Origin: Hadesarchaea archaeon
Lineage (GTDB): Archaea; Hadarchaeota; Hadarchaeia; Hadarchaeales; Hadarchaeaceae
NCBI GenBank assembly: GCA_030619825.1
Contig: JAUXAS010000001.1
Span: forward strand, 10,141-74,140
DNA: 64,000 bases
Direction: 5' to 3'
Both the position numbers and the translations under genes were made by a program. Within the stretch, counting starts at the first letter, position 1; the number at the start of each line of letters is the position of its first letter. Below the pieces are notes generated by a model that was given only the letters and a program-made list of their open reading frames with translations, made no database searches and was not told the DNA's origin. This document shows positions 39,512 through 50,242 of this stretch, in pieces.

Positions 39512-40561
39512 TTGGGAGATAGGATGATACTCACATTTGACCGGGAAAAAACAATCATACGCACCTTGCTGCAAAAGCTCGGTGCTTCGGGTGAGGAAGC
39601 CAATGCCACAGCAGAAGTGCTGGCCGAGGGTGATCTGCGCGGCTTCGCATCGCACGGCCTGCTCCGCCTTCCATACATCCTGCGCGCGCTCAAGCGAGGC
39701 ACGATCGCCGTCAAAGCAGAGGTCAAAGTTGTCCGAGAAACTCCAGCAACTGGTCTCATCAACGGCGGGCACGGTTTGGGGCACTACGTTGTGACGCGCG
39801 CGATGCGCCTCGCGATCGAGAAGGCGAAGCAGCAGGGCGTGGCTGCGGTCGGCGTTTACAACTCTAACCACTTCGGAATCGCGGGCTACTACGCCGAGCT
39901 GGCGATGCGCGAAGGGCTAATAGGCATTGTGACGACGACGACCGATGCGCTGGTTCATCCCTGGGGCGGCGTCGAACCCTTACTCGGCACCAATGCACTT
40001 GCGATAGGCCTACCGACCGAGCCCCCCGTGCTGCTTGACATGGCGATGAGCGTCGCGGCTCGAGGAAAACTCGTGAAGGCGATGAAGGAGGGCAAGCCCA
40101 TCCCCGAAAATTGGGCAATCGACTCCGGGGGCAAGCCGACGACAGACCCAGCAAAGGGGTTGGAGGGTGCCCTAAGTCCATTCGGCGGACCAAAGGGTTA
40201 CGCTTTAGCTTTCGTGCTCGAGTTGCTTGCCGGCCCTCTCGTGCACGCAGCTGCGGGTAAAGAAGTTAAGGGAACGCTAGAGCCTGTCGAAGGCTTCTGC
40301 ACAAAGGGCGATTTCATGATCGCGATCGACCCGAAAGCTTTCGTCGCGCAGGAGGAATTTCGGGCTCGGGCGCGGGAATTCATCGAGCAAGTCAAGTCCT
40401 CGCAGAAAGTGCCGGGCGTTGGGGAAATAATGGTCCCTGGTGAGCCCGAGCAAAAAACGCGCGAGCGACGCCTGCGGGAGGGTATTCCAATCTCGGATGA
40501 GGTTTGGATCGAGCTTGAACAAATCGCAAAGGAGTTAGGAGTGGATCTAAAAAGCATGTGA
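39512..40561 (+). CDS. comC: malate/L-lactate dehydrogenase-2 family (Ldh_2) enzyme, ComC-like (sulfolactate dehydrogenase)
   Basis: Ldh_2 family motifs (GFASHGLLRLP, SNHFGIAGYY, GGPKGYALAF); in archaea this family includes CoM-biosynthesis ComC. Confidence 0.65.
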   Translation: MGDRMILTFDREKTIIRTLLQKLGASGEEANATAEVLAEGDLRGFASHGLLRLPYILRALKRGTIAVKAEVKVVRETPATGLINGGHGLGHYVVTRAMRLAIEKAKQQGVAAVGVYNSNHFGIAGYYAELAMREGLIGIVTTTTDALVHPWGGVEPLLGTNALAIGLPTEPPVLLDMAMSVAARGKLVKAMKEGKPIPENWAIDSGGKPTTDPAKGLEGALSPFGGPKGYALAFVLELLAGPLVHAAAGKEVKGTLEPVEGFCTKGDFMIAIDPKAFVAQEEFRARAREFIEQVKSSQKVPGVGEIMVPGEPEQKTRERRLREGIPISDEVWIELEQIAKELGVDLKSM

Positions 40562-40637
40562 AGTCCGAAAGCCCCTTCCAATGAGTCAATATTTGCGGCC
40601 GGGCAACGTCTCAACCACCGGTGCCAGCCTTTCGGGA

Positions 40638-41201
40638 TTAGTGGCGCTTGAGATAGGCGATGAGCTTTCGAGAGATCAGCGGCTTGCTCTTGACGAGCGG
40701 GAATGTGTAAGGCAAGAAGGTCGATTGGACTTTGCTTATTTGGATTTCGAGCCCATGTTGCACGGGTACTTCTTCCAATGATTTACCCTCGCTTACCTGC
40801 TTTGCCATGTAGGTTGCGTTGTCGATCGCAAATTGTTCCTTGCCGAGGTTTCTCGCGGACGCCCTAGAAAGGATTCGGGTAAGCAGTTCCCTCGTTCGCC
40901 CGAGTGGGGGCTCCTCACCTAGGATGCCCCCTATGACTATCACCCTCATACCGCGCATGTCGGTCGGCGATAGCTTTTTTCTCGCGCGGGGGTCGAGCAC
41001 GATGAGTTCGTGCTGTTTGAACAGCTCGCAGGCACGCTTGCGTTCGACCCGCGCAATCTTGGCAAGTTTACGAAATTCGCCTTTCTTTTTTACATTGGTT
41101 ATGAGCAACCTCTTTCTCCCGACGATTCGCGCTGCGTGTGAATACTCAATGTGAAGCCACTCGCTCAGTTTCGGCTCTAAATGCTCAATGACGAAGAGCA
41201 T
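40638..41201 (-). CDS. conserved hypothetical protein (possible SPOUT/Tsr3-like fold)
   Basis: ELIVLDPRARKKLSPTDMRGMRVIVIGGILGEEPPLGRT resembles the substrate-pocket region of SPOUT/Tsr3-type RNA-modification enzymes, but the N-terminus does not match; weak. Confidence 0.3.
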   Translation of the reverse strand: MLFVIEHLEPKLSEWLHIEYSHAARIVGRKRLLITNVKKKGEFRKLAKIARVERKRACELFKQHELIVLDPRARKKLSPTDMRGMRVIVIGGILGEEPPLGRTRELLTRILSRASARNLGKEQFAIDNATYMAKQVSEGKSLEEVPVQHGLEIQISKVQSTFLPYTFPLVKSKPLISRKLIAYLKRH

Positions 41202-41210
41202 GGTCTCAGC

Positions 41211-42539
41211 TTAAAGCCTGCGCAACACAGCCTCAGCAGCAACCACGAGGGGCTCGATACAATCACTCATCGGCGGGGCGTAGCAGTACTCAATTCGTGC
41301 CAGCTCGTCAATGGTCACGTTCTGCTTGATGGCGAACGCGAGCATGTTTACCCGCTCGGCCGCGCCATCGCCGATGACCTGTCCACCGATGACCCTTCGC
41401 TCCTTAGGCTTGACGATAAGCTTTACGATGATGGGCTCGGCCCCCGGGTAGAAGTAAGGTTTGTTGAGGGTACGAATGCGTCCCGCGATGGTTTCTATGC
41501 CGGCATCGCGAGCGTTTCGCGTCGTTAACCCGGTTGCCGCGATTTCCAGCCCATAGGCCGAGGAGACGATTGTGTTAAGCACACCTGGAAAGACCTCGTC
41601 ACCACCAGCAGCGTTGGCTCCGGCGATCTTACCCATCCGTATTGCGGTCGTCGCAAGCTGGCTCAGGATGGGGCGCTTTGTCAGGAAGCAACTCGATTCG
41701 ACACAGTCACCCGCCGCATATACATCCGGGATATTAGTTCGGAGGTGATCATCGACTTTTATCACCCCCAGGGTGCCTAGCTCGACCCCAGCACTCACCG
41801 CTAGCTCAATATCAGGCTTGACACCCGTGCAGAGAACGACGAGGTCAGCTTGGATCTCTTCTTCGCCCACGACCACCGAGCTAACTTTCTTCTCACCCCG
41901 GAGCTCTTTGACCGGTTTACCTAGGATAGTTGGGATGCCGACTCGGCTGAGCTGGTCAAGTACTGCTTCGGACATATCGGGATCAAGCATCCAAGGGAGC
42001 ACGTTCGGTTGCATCTCAACGAGCGTGGTCTCTAGTCCGCTCTCCCGGAGCGCGGCGGCGGCCTCAAGACCTATTGGGCCACCACCCACGACGAGGGCCT
42101 TGTTCGCCCGGGGCAGTGCCGCGAGGATTTCCTCCCCGTCGCGCATCGTTCGAAGGGTGAACACGTTGCTAAGGTCGGAGCCGGGGATAGGGGGCCTAAG
42201 CGGCAGGCTGCCCGTAGCAATGACGAGTGAGTCGTACGGTACTTTTCCCTTTCGAAGGGTCTTGCGATCCTGAATTTCGACGATTTTGGCGTCGGTATCG
42301 ATTGCCTTTGCCTCGGTGCCGATGTGAACATCTACGCCAGGGAGCTTGGATGCCGCCTCAACGAGGTGACGGATGTGGGGAACATCGCCCCCTATCGCGA
42401 AGGGGAGGCCACAGGGGTGGTAGGTGGCGTACATTCGCCTTTCGATGACCGTGACCTTCGCTTCCCGATCCACCATGCGGGCGGTCGCCGCTGCCGTCAG
42501 CCCAGCCGATTGGAACCCTATGATGACAACTCGCCTCAT
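41211..42539 (-). CDS. FAD-dependent pyridine nucleotide-disulfide oxidoreductase (NADH oxidase / CoA-disulfide reductase family)
   Basis: FAD GxGxxG (VVIIGFQSAG), redox Cys (YHPCGLPFAIGG), NAD GGGPIGLE, C-terminal dimerisation domain. Confidence 0.8.
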   Translation of the reverse strand: MRRVVIIGFQSAGLTAAATARMVDREAKVTVIERRMYATYHPCGLPFAIGGDVPHIRHLVEAASKLPGVDVHIGTEAKAIDTDAKIVEIQDRKTLRKGKVPYDSLVIATGSLPLRPPIPGSDLSNVFTLRTMRDGEEILAALPRANKALVVGGGPIGLEAAAALRESGLETTLVEMQPNVLPWMLDPDMSEAVLDQLSRVGIPTILGKPVKELRGEKKVSSVVVGEEEIQADLVVLCTGVKPDIELAVSAGVELGTLGVIKVDDHLRTNIPDVYAAGDCVESSCFLTKRPILSQLATTAIRMGKIAGANAAGGDEVFPGVLNTIVSSAYGLEIAATGLTTRNARDAGIETIAGRIRTLNKPYFYPGAEPIIVKLIVKPKERRVIGGQVIGDGAAERVNMLAFAIKQNVTIDELARIEYCYAPPMSDCIEPLVVAAEAVLRRL

Positions 42540-43771
42540 GCTTGAGCCTCCAGCTGTTGAGTATGCTTTGCACGGGTTAAAACTTCAACCACCGGCAACG
42601 GTTTACCCGAGAGGAAACCTATGCATGCGCCGCCACCCGTGCTGATGTGCTTTATCTGCCCCGCAATCCCAGCGGCCTGAGCGGCTGCAACCATGTGCCC
42701 GCCGCCGAGGATGGTGAAAGCTTGGGAACTCGCCATCGCTTTGAGCACTTCGAAGGTGCCGCGCTCAAACCCAGCCCGCTCGAAGACACCCAGCGGCCCG
42801 TTCGAGACGACGGTTTTTGCACCCTCGATGAGCTTTGAATATTCATTCAGGGTCCTACTCCCGATGTCGCAGATCTTCAGCTCGGTCGGTAGCTCCTTCA
42901 GCGAGAGCTCCTTGGGTCGGCCTTGAGCTTCGACGACGACATCGAGCGGCACCTTTATCTCGTCGCCGTGGGCATCGAGCAGTCGCTTGGCTCGTTTGAT
43001 CTCCTTTTCTAGGCCCTTTTGTTTGAGTAGCTCGAGATTTGACCCACCGAGGTTTCTCCCGGAAGCCGCGAGAAAAGTCTGCCCCACCAATCCGCCCGTT
43101 AGCACGGAGTCCGCTATCCCCTTGCTGAGCACGTTTTCGATAATATCGAGGGAGTCGTCAACTTTCACACCACCTAACACATAAACGCAGGGGCGTTCGG
43201 GGGAAAGCGCTCGGCTCAATGCCTTAAGCTCGCGCTCCATCAACCGCCCCGCGTAGGTCGGAAGCAGGGCGCTGAAGCCCACGAGCGAGGGCTGGGAGCG
43301 ATGGGCGGCCCCGAAGGCATCGTTAACATAGAGTTGGACAAGGGGGGCTAATGCACGCACGAAGTGGGTCTTCGCCTGTTCCTCCATGGGACGATTTAGA
43401 TTTTCCTCGGCGCACAGACGGACATTATCGAGGAGCAGGATTCCCCCCGGGTGCATGAGCTTGATCTTGCTCTTCACCAAGGGGCCAAAAACATCTGCAA
43501 GGTAAATAACTCCCATCCCAACCGCTTCCGTCAACTTCTTCGCATGTTTTTCTAGAGTGGTGAAATCCTTGTCACCGGGCCTGCCTTGGTGGGCCATGAT
43601 GACAACTTTTGCACCCTTGTGAGCTAGCTCCTTGAGGGTTGGGGCGCACTCGCGTATCCGCGTGTCGTCTAAGATTTCGCCCGTGTTTGGGTCGAGGGGC
43701 GAGTTTATGTCGACCCTCACCAACACCGTCTTATCCTTAACGTCGACCCCATCTAGAGTAGGAAATTCCAA
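42536..43771 (-). CDS. pgk: phosphoglycerate kinase
   Basis: RVDINSPLD, MAHQGRPG, GGGACIGFLSGK motifs. Confidence 0.9.
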   Translation of the reverse strand: MEFPTLDGVDVKDKTVLVRVDINSPLDPNTGEILDDTRIRECAPTLKELAHKGAKVVIMAHQGRPGDKDFTTLEKHAKKLTEAVGMGVIYLADVFGPLVKSKIKLMHPGGILLLDNVRLCAEENLNRPMEEQAKTHFVRALAPLVQLYVNDAFGAAHRSQPSLVGFSALLPTYAGRLMERELKALSRALSPERPCVYVLGGVKVDDSLDIIENVLSKGIADSVLTGGLVGQTFLAASGRNLGGSNLELLKQKGLEKEIKRAKRLLDAHGDEIKVPLDVVVEAQGRPKELSLKELPTELKICDIGSRTLNEYSKLIEGAKTVVSNGPLGVFERAGFERGTFEVLKAMASSQAFTILGGGHMVAAAQAAGIAGQIKHISTGGGACIGFLSGKPLPVVEVLTRAKHTQQLEAQA

Positions 43772-43902
43772 GGTTTCACCCCAAGGTCATTTTCGAGAGC
43801 CGTCTTAAATCTTACTAAATTTTCCATTCACACATTTAAACGAAACCCATTATTCCCCTATCCAGCATGGCGATCATGACAAATTATCAAGATTGCTTTT
43901 TA

Positions 43903-44955
<1,053 letters not shown>

Positions 44956-45073
44956 TTAGTGTGGACGGCGATAAGGGTTCAGGTTTTTGTAGGTTTAGTT
45001 GTCTCATTTTTTAGACGTTTCACAATTTTGAGAAGTTTAAAAGTCAGCAGGTCCCGTTCTGATTGGGGGTAAC

Positions 45074-45732
45074 TTGGGTAAAAAGACCACCATCGAAATT
45101 TTGGTCTTGTTGGCCAAGGGCGGGGCACATCTTCACGACTTGAAACTTTCTTTGGGCTGGCTTGCAGGTCAACTAAATCTCTCACGACAGACTGCGGCGC
45201 GGCGGCTTCTTGAGCTTGAGGACCAAGGTCTGATTAAACGGGCGGTGGGGCCCCGCGGTCAGAGCGTGCGTATAACACCTGGGGGTCTAGCGACTTTGCG
45301 CTTAATGCATCGAGAGCTCAAGGCGATTTTTCGATTGAAACCGCGTTCGTTCAAGTTAGCTGGCCGGATAATCTCAGGTGTGGGTGAGGGTAGTTATTAC
45401 ATGAGCCAGCGAGGCTACCGAGAGCAGTTCAAACGCGAGCTCGGTTTTGGCCCCTACCCCGGGACGCTCGACATCAAGCTTGACGAGGCATCGCTCGAGC
45501 TCAGGGAGGTGCTCATGCAGCTTCCCGGCAGGAAGGTCGAGGGCTTTAAGACTAGTGAGCGAACCTTTGGCCCAGTGAAATTCTTCCCAGCCAAGTTAAA
45601 GGACAAGAAAGTTGCCCTGATTTTGCCACTTCGGGGTCATTACGCTGATGTCGTTGAGCTCATAGCGCCGAAGAAACTGCGCAAGAGCTTAAAGCTTGAG
45701 GACGGCGATGCAGTTCAAGTGGAGGTAGTGGT

Positions 45733-45736
<4 letters not shown>
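45074..45736 (+). CDS. ribK: CTP-dependent riboflavin kinase (archaeal RibK) with N-terminal wHTH
   Basis: wHTH N-terminus plus MJ0056-type kinase core (GFGPYPGTLDIKL, FFPAKL); heads the riboflavin cluster. Confidence 0.8.
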
Positions 45737-46879
<1,143 letters not shown>

Positions 46880-46883
46880 GAAA

Positions 46884-47297
46884 TTGGTAAAGTTGGGAAT
46901 AGCGGCGTCAGAGTTCCATTGGGATATCGTGGGGCCGATGCTTGAGTTCGCAAAGCAACACGCGAGTTTCCTTGAGGCAGAGGTAGCAGCGGAGGTTCTG
47001 GTGCCAGGTGTCTATGAGCTACCACTTGCCGCGAAAAAACTCGTAGAACGTGGTGACATCGACGCAGTAGTTACACTTGGAGCGGTGATCGAAGGTGAGA
47101 CCGAGCACGACGAGCTAGTGATGCAGCACGCGGCGCGAAAATTAATAGACCTCGCAGTCCAATACGGCAAACCGGTGGCGCTCGGCATCTCTGGTCCCGG
47201 CATGAGTCGCATGCAGGCACTGGAGCGGGTGAACGAGTACGCTCGGCGCGCGGTGGAGGCCGCCGTGAAGACCACCAAGCGCTTGGAAAAGGTGTAA
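46884..47297 (+). CDS. ribH: 6,7-dimethyl-8-ribityllumazine synthase
   Basis: KLGIAASEFHWDIV…VPGVYELP…VTLGAVIEGETEHDE conserved RibH core. Confidence 0.85.
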   Translation: MVKLGIAASEFHWDIVGPMLEFAKQHASFLEAEVAAEVLVPGVYELPLAAKKLVERGDIDAVVTLGAVIEGETEHDELVMQHAARKLIDLAVQYGKPVALGISGPGMSRMQALERVNEYARRAVEAAVKTTKRLEKV

Positions 47298-47299
47298 GC

Positions 47300-47953
47300 T
47301 TGGATTTGAGCGAGGTCGGCATCCTGGCGTTGGGCTCGCACGAGGAGCGGCACGGAGCAGCTCTCCCTCCCGACACGGACGCAAAGCTGGCCTCGCATGT
47401 TGCTTCGGAGGCGGCGAAGCGCACGGGGGCGAGGTTTATCGACGTCCTCCATTCGTCGTACGAGCTCCCGGGCATAGACACGGGGCGCCATCAGAGCCTC
47501 GATCAGGTTTTGGAGGAGCTTCGGAGGGCTCTACTCGACGCGAAGCGTGCGCTTGGCATCAGCGCGGCGGTGTTGGTCAATGGTCACGGGGGGAATGGAC
47601 CCCTGCGGGAGCGGTTGTTTGCGTTGGAGAAGGAGCTTGGCATGCCAATCGTTTTTAACAACACCCTGATTAAGCTAGAAGGACCCCACGCTGCAACGGG
47701 CGAGCTGAGCATGGGGGCCGTGATAGGGATAGCTGATGCTTCAAAGATCGCCGAGCAAACCGATTTTGAACGTCACCCCGAGGTGGGATTCGTCGGCCTT
47801 AAGGAAGCGCGGAGACGATACGCTTGGGCGGAGCAGCAAGCTAGGGAAGTTGAAAAAATGGGGCTCCGCATAGACAAATTTTTGGGCGAGAAGCTCCTGG
47901 AATGTGCAATCGTTGACGTGATGAATGATGTGCGGGAGCTATCTAAAGAATAA
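47300..47953 (+). CDS. arfB: creatininase-fold amidohydrolase, likely ArfB (2-amino-5-formylamino-6-ribosylaminopyrimidinone 5'-phosphate deformylase)
   Basis: Creatininase-family GSHEERHGAALPPDTD motif; embedded in the archaeal riboflavin operon, where ArfB is expected. Confidence 0.65.
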   Translation: MDLSEVGILALGSHEERHGAALPPDTDAKLASHVASEAAKRTGARFIDVLHSSYELPGIDTGRHQSLDQVLEELRRALLDAKRALGISAAVLVNGHGGNGPLRERLFALEKELGMPIVFNNTLIKLEGPHAATGELSMGAVIGIADASKIAEQTDFERHPEVGFVGLKEARRRYAWAEQQAREVEKMGLRIDKFLGEKLLECAIVDVMNDVRELSKE

Positions 47954-48193
47954 CTACTCTAAATGTTTTAACTCCTTGCAGATTTCAAGCAGGCTCCATG
48001 CCCATATCAAGCACTCGAAGCTCTTTATGAGGTCCCCCTGTTTCAGAAAGTGTTCGGAATCTCCGCGATAAGCTTTGATGTTCGAAAACATTTTCTCGCC
48101 CTGCTCGCTTCGGGCTCTCGCCGCTGATAGGGCACCATCGAGCTTAGAGGTCCACTTCTTGATCTCCTCAATTAGTTTAGCCTCAAGTGTCAT
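47954..48193 (-). CDS. small hypothetical protein
   Basis: 79-aa helical ORF directly downstream of dph5 on the same strand; start overlaps the dph5 stop. Confidence 0.35.
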   Translation of the reverse strand: MTLEAKLIEEIKKWTSKLDGALSAARARSEQGEKMFSNIKAYRGDSEHFLKQGDLIKSFECLIWAWSLLEICKELKHLE

Positions 48194-48966
48194 TTGATCA
48201 CATCTTCAGGCGCTCCGGCGAAGGCGCGGAGAGCTTCTGCCTCGACGAAGTGAAGCTTACCCGGCACGATCAACACGTGCGGCGGAGACCCAAAATCCAA
48301 CTTCTGAAGCCTCCCCACTTTGTTGGCTTTGACGATAGCATCATCCGAACCAGCTCGCGCCACGACTACAACAAGTGTATCCGGGGTGAAGGCATTTTTT
48401 TGCAACTTTTTCTCCAGCCCGAGCATGATTTCGATTGCCTCGCTCGCTAGCATTGCTCGCTCTTCCTTCGCTCGGATGTCGAGGAGCAGCAGGGTATGAA
48501 GTCCCCGCCCACGGTTTTCGACCAGCGTTTCGTAAGGCACCTGCGATGGGTTGTCGGGGAATGGAACCGTAGCCGTGCGCCCGAACTTGTAGCTCTGCAG
48601 GCCAGCGAGCCCGGCAGCTGCGGAGGCGATCGATGCGGCATGAATAATTTTTGTTTCGATGCCAGCCTTTGTCGCGCGAAGGCGCAGGTCGACGTGCGTG
48701 GTTGCCACCATGGGGTCACCGGGAGCCAAAAAAGCCACCTTGCTTGCTTTGGCCGCCTGTAGGATCTCATCGGGGCGTTGCTCGACGGTCTCGCGGTCGA
48801 CCGCCTTGATAGGCCGGCCGATCGTTTGCTCGAGCTCATCGAGTCTAAGTTTAGGCAGCATGCTTGTGTAGAGCTCAGCATACACAACATCGGATTCTTG
48901 GGCTTCACGTAGCCCTCGGAGCGATATTCCCTCGCCATGCAGGCCAAGCCCGATGAATACGAGCAT
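48190..48966 (-). CDS. dph5: diphthine synthase (Dph5)
   Basis: LVFIGLGL…, APGDPMVATTH, HILIVPGKLH are tetrapyrrole-methylase-fold diphthine synthase motifs. Confidence 0.9.
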   Translation of the reverse strand: MLVFIGLGLHGEGISLRGLREAQESDVVYAELYTSMLPKLRLDELEQTIGRPIKAVDRETVEQRPDEILQAAKASKVAFLAPGDPMVATTHVDLRLRATKAGIETKIIHAASIASAAAGLAGLQSYKFGRTATVPFPDNPSQVPYETLVENRGRGLHTLLLLDIRAKEERAMLASEAIEIMLGLEKKLQKNAFTPDTLVVVVARAGSDDAIVKANKVGRLQKLDFGSPPHVLIVPGKLHFVEAEALRAFAGAPEDVIK

Positions 48967-49008
48967 AGTATCGTAAACACTTAATTTGGGCAGGCGATAT
49001 ATTCGTTC

Positions 49009-49125
49009 GGGCCCGTGGCTCAGTCTGGTAGGTGCCAGGGCGACTTGGCAGCCAAAAGCGCTCGACGGTAAAACCGGGCGAAGCTCTTAACCGAGCAGTC
49101 GAGGGTTCGAATCCCTCCGGGCCCG
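49009..49125 (+). tRNA. tRNA-Lys(CUU) with two predicted non-canonical introns (about 25 nt after position 22 and about 18 nt after position 30)
   Basis: Acceptor GGGCCCG/CGGGCCC and T arm GAGGG-TTCGAAT-CCCTC are intact. Joining exons GGGCCCGTGGCTCAGTCTGGTAG | AGCG CTCG | GCTCTTAACCGAGCAGTCGAGGG… gives a perfect 74-nt cloverleaf with anticodon loop CUCUUAA. Intron 1 contains a CCAGG-GCGA-CTTGG GNRA hairpin. Upstream is a TTAATTT/GATATATT TATA-like region. Confidence 0.6.
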
Positions 49126-49188
49126 CTACTCAAAGACCGAAAAACTTCGTATTTTAAAAAGTTGAAAAACGATAATGCACCGAGTCGA

Positions 49189-50235
49189 ATGACTTGGGAA
49201 ACCCTATTAGATCAGTATACCGAACTCATCGACCGCAAGATGAAGGAGCACCTTAAATCACTGAAGGCGAAGGCAGCGAAATATCACCCATTCATGCTGA
49301 AGACATATGAAAACCTTGAGGAATACGTGCTCCGAAGGGGAAAAAGGTTGGCTTCGTGTAGCACCCTCCTAACCTACAAGGGTTATACGGGCGAGGTGGA
49401 CGAGAAAATCCTCAACGTTTGTGTAGGCATAGAGCTTTTCAGGCATTGCATTCTGCTCCATGACGACTTGGTCGATGGGGATGAGATCCGAAGGGGCGGG
49501 AAATCCTTCCACAAGCTCTTTTCGGAGGGCCACGATTCGAAGTTTGGAGAGGGCATTGCCGTCTTCATGGGCGATGCATCGTATGCGCTCTCGCTCGATG
49601 TCATCTTGAACTCGGGATTCAGCGGGGAGGTGCTGCATCGGGCGGTTGAATTGCTTGCCGAGGATTATCGCGGGGTGAACGAAAGCCAAGTCATCGATCT
49701 TCTTTTCGAGCACAAGGAGCCAGATGTCGAGGAATGGTACGTCATGGCATCTAGGAGGGCGGCATCTTTGTTTAGGGCCACGATTTTGATGGGCGCCATT
49801 CTAGCTGGTGCTCCGGAAGAGGATTTGCAGGCTTTGGAGGGGGTCGCGACAAATATCGGCTACGCATTCGACATCCAAGACGACATCATAGATACCTTCG
49901 CAACCGAGCAGCAGTACGGCCGACCGCCAGGCAGGGATATCGCTAGAGGTAAGAAGCCCCTTCACTTGATATACGCACTTCGGCTAGCGGAACCCAATGA
50001 GCTGAGGGTAATCAATGGCATAATCGGAGGGGGCAGGATAACTCCAAATGATCTAGAAACGATGCGTGAGGTGATAAGGAAAACAGGGGCTCTGGATGCC
50101 GCGAAGGAGGAGTCCTCAAAACACGCGAAGAAGGCAAAAGAGTTGATCGAGCAAACGCGAATGGGGGAAGAAAGTAAGGAGTTCTTTAACTCTTTCATCG
50201 ATTACATTACCCAAAGCTTAGACTGGTACAAGTAG
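49189..50235 (+). CDS. idsA: polyprenyl diphosphate synthase (geranylgeranyl diphosphate synthase-like)
   Basis: FARM LLHDDLVDGDEIRRG and SARM FDIQDDIID motifs; the MTWETL ATG is preferred over the annotated 49162. Confidence 0.8.
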   Translation: MTWETLLDQYTELIDRKMKEHLKSLKAKAAKYHPFMLKTYENLEEYVLRRGKRLASCSTLLTYKGYTGEVDEKILNVCVGIELFRHCILLHDDLVDGDEIRRGGKSFHKLFSEGHDSKFGEGIAVFMGDASYALSLDVILNSGFSGEVLHRAVELLAEDYRGVNESQVIDLLFEHKEPDVEEWYVMASRRAASLFRATILMGAILAGAPEEDLQALEGVATNIGYAFDIQDDIIDTFATEQQYGRPPGRDIARGKKPLHLIYALRLAEPNELRVINGIIGGGRITPNDLETMREVIRKTGALDAAKEESSKHAKKAKELIEQTRMGEESKEFFNSFIDYITQSLDWYK

Positions 50236-50242
50236 GCAAGGT

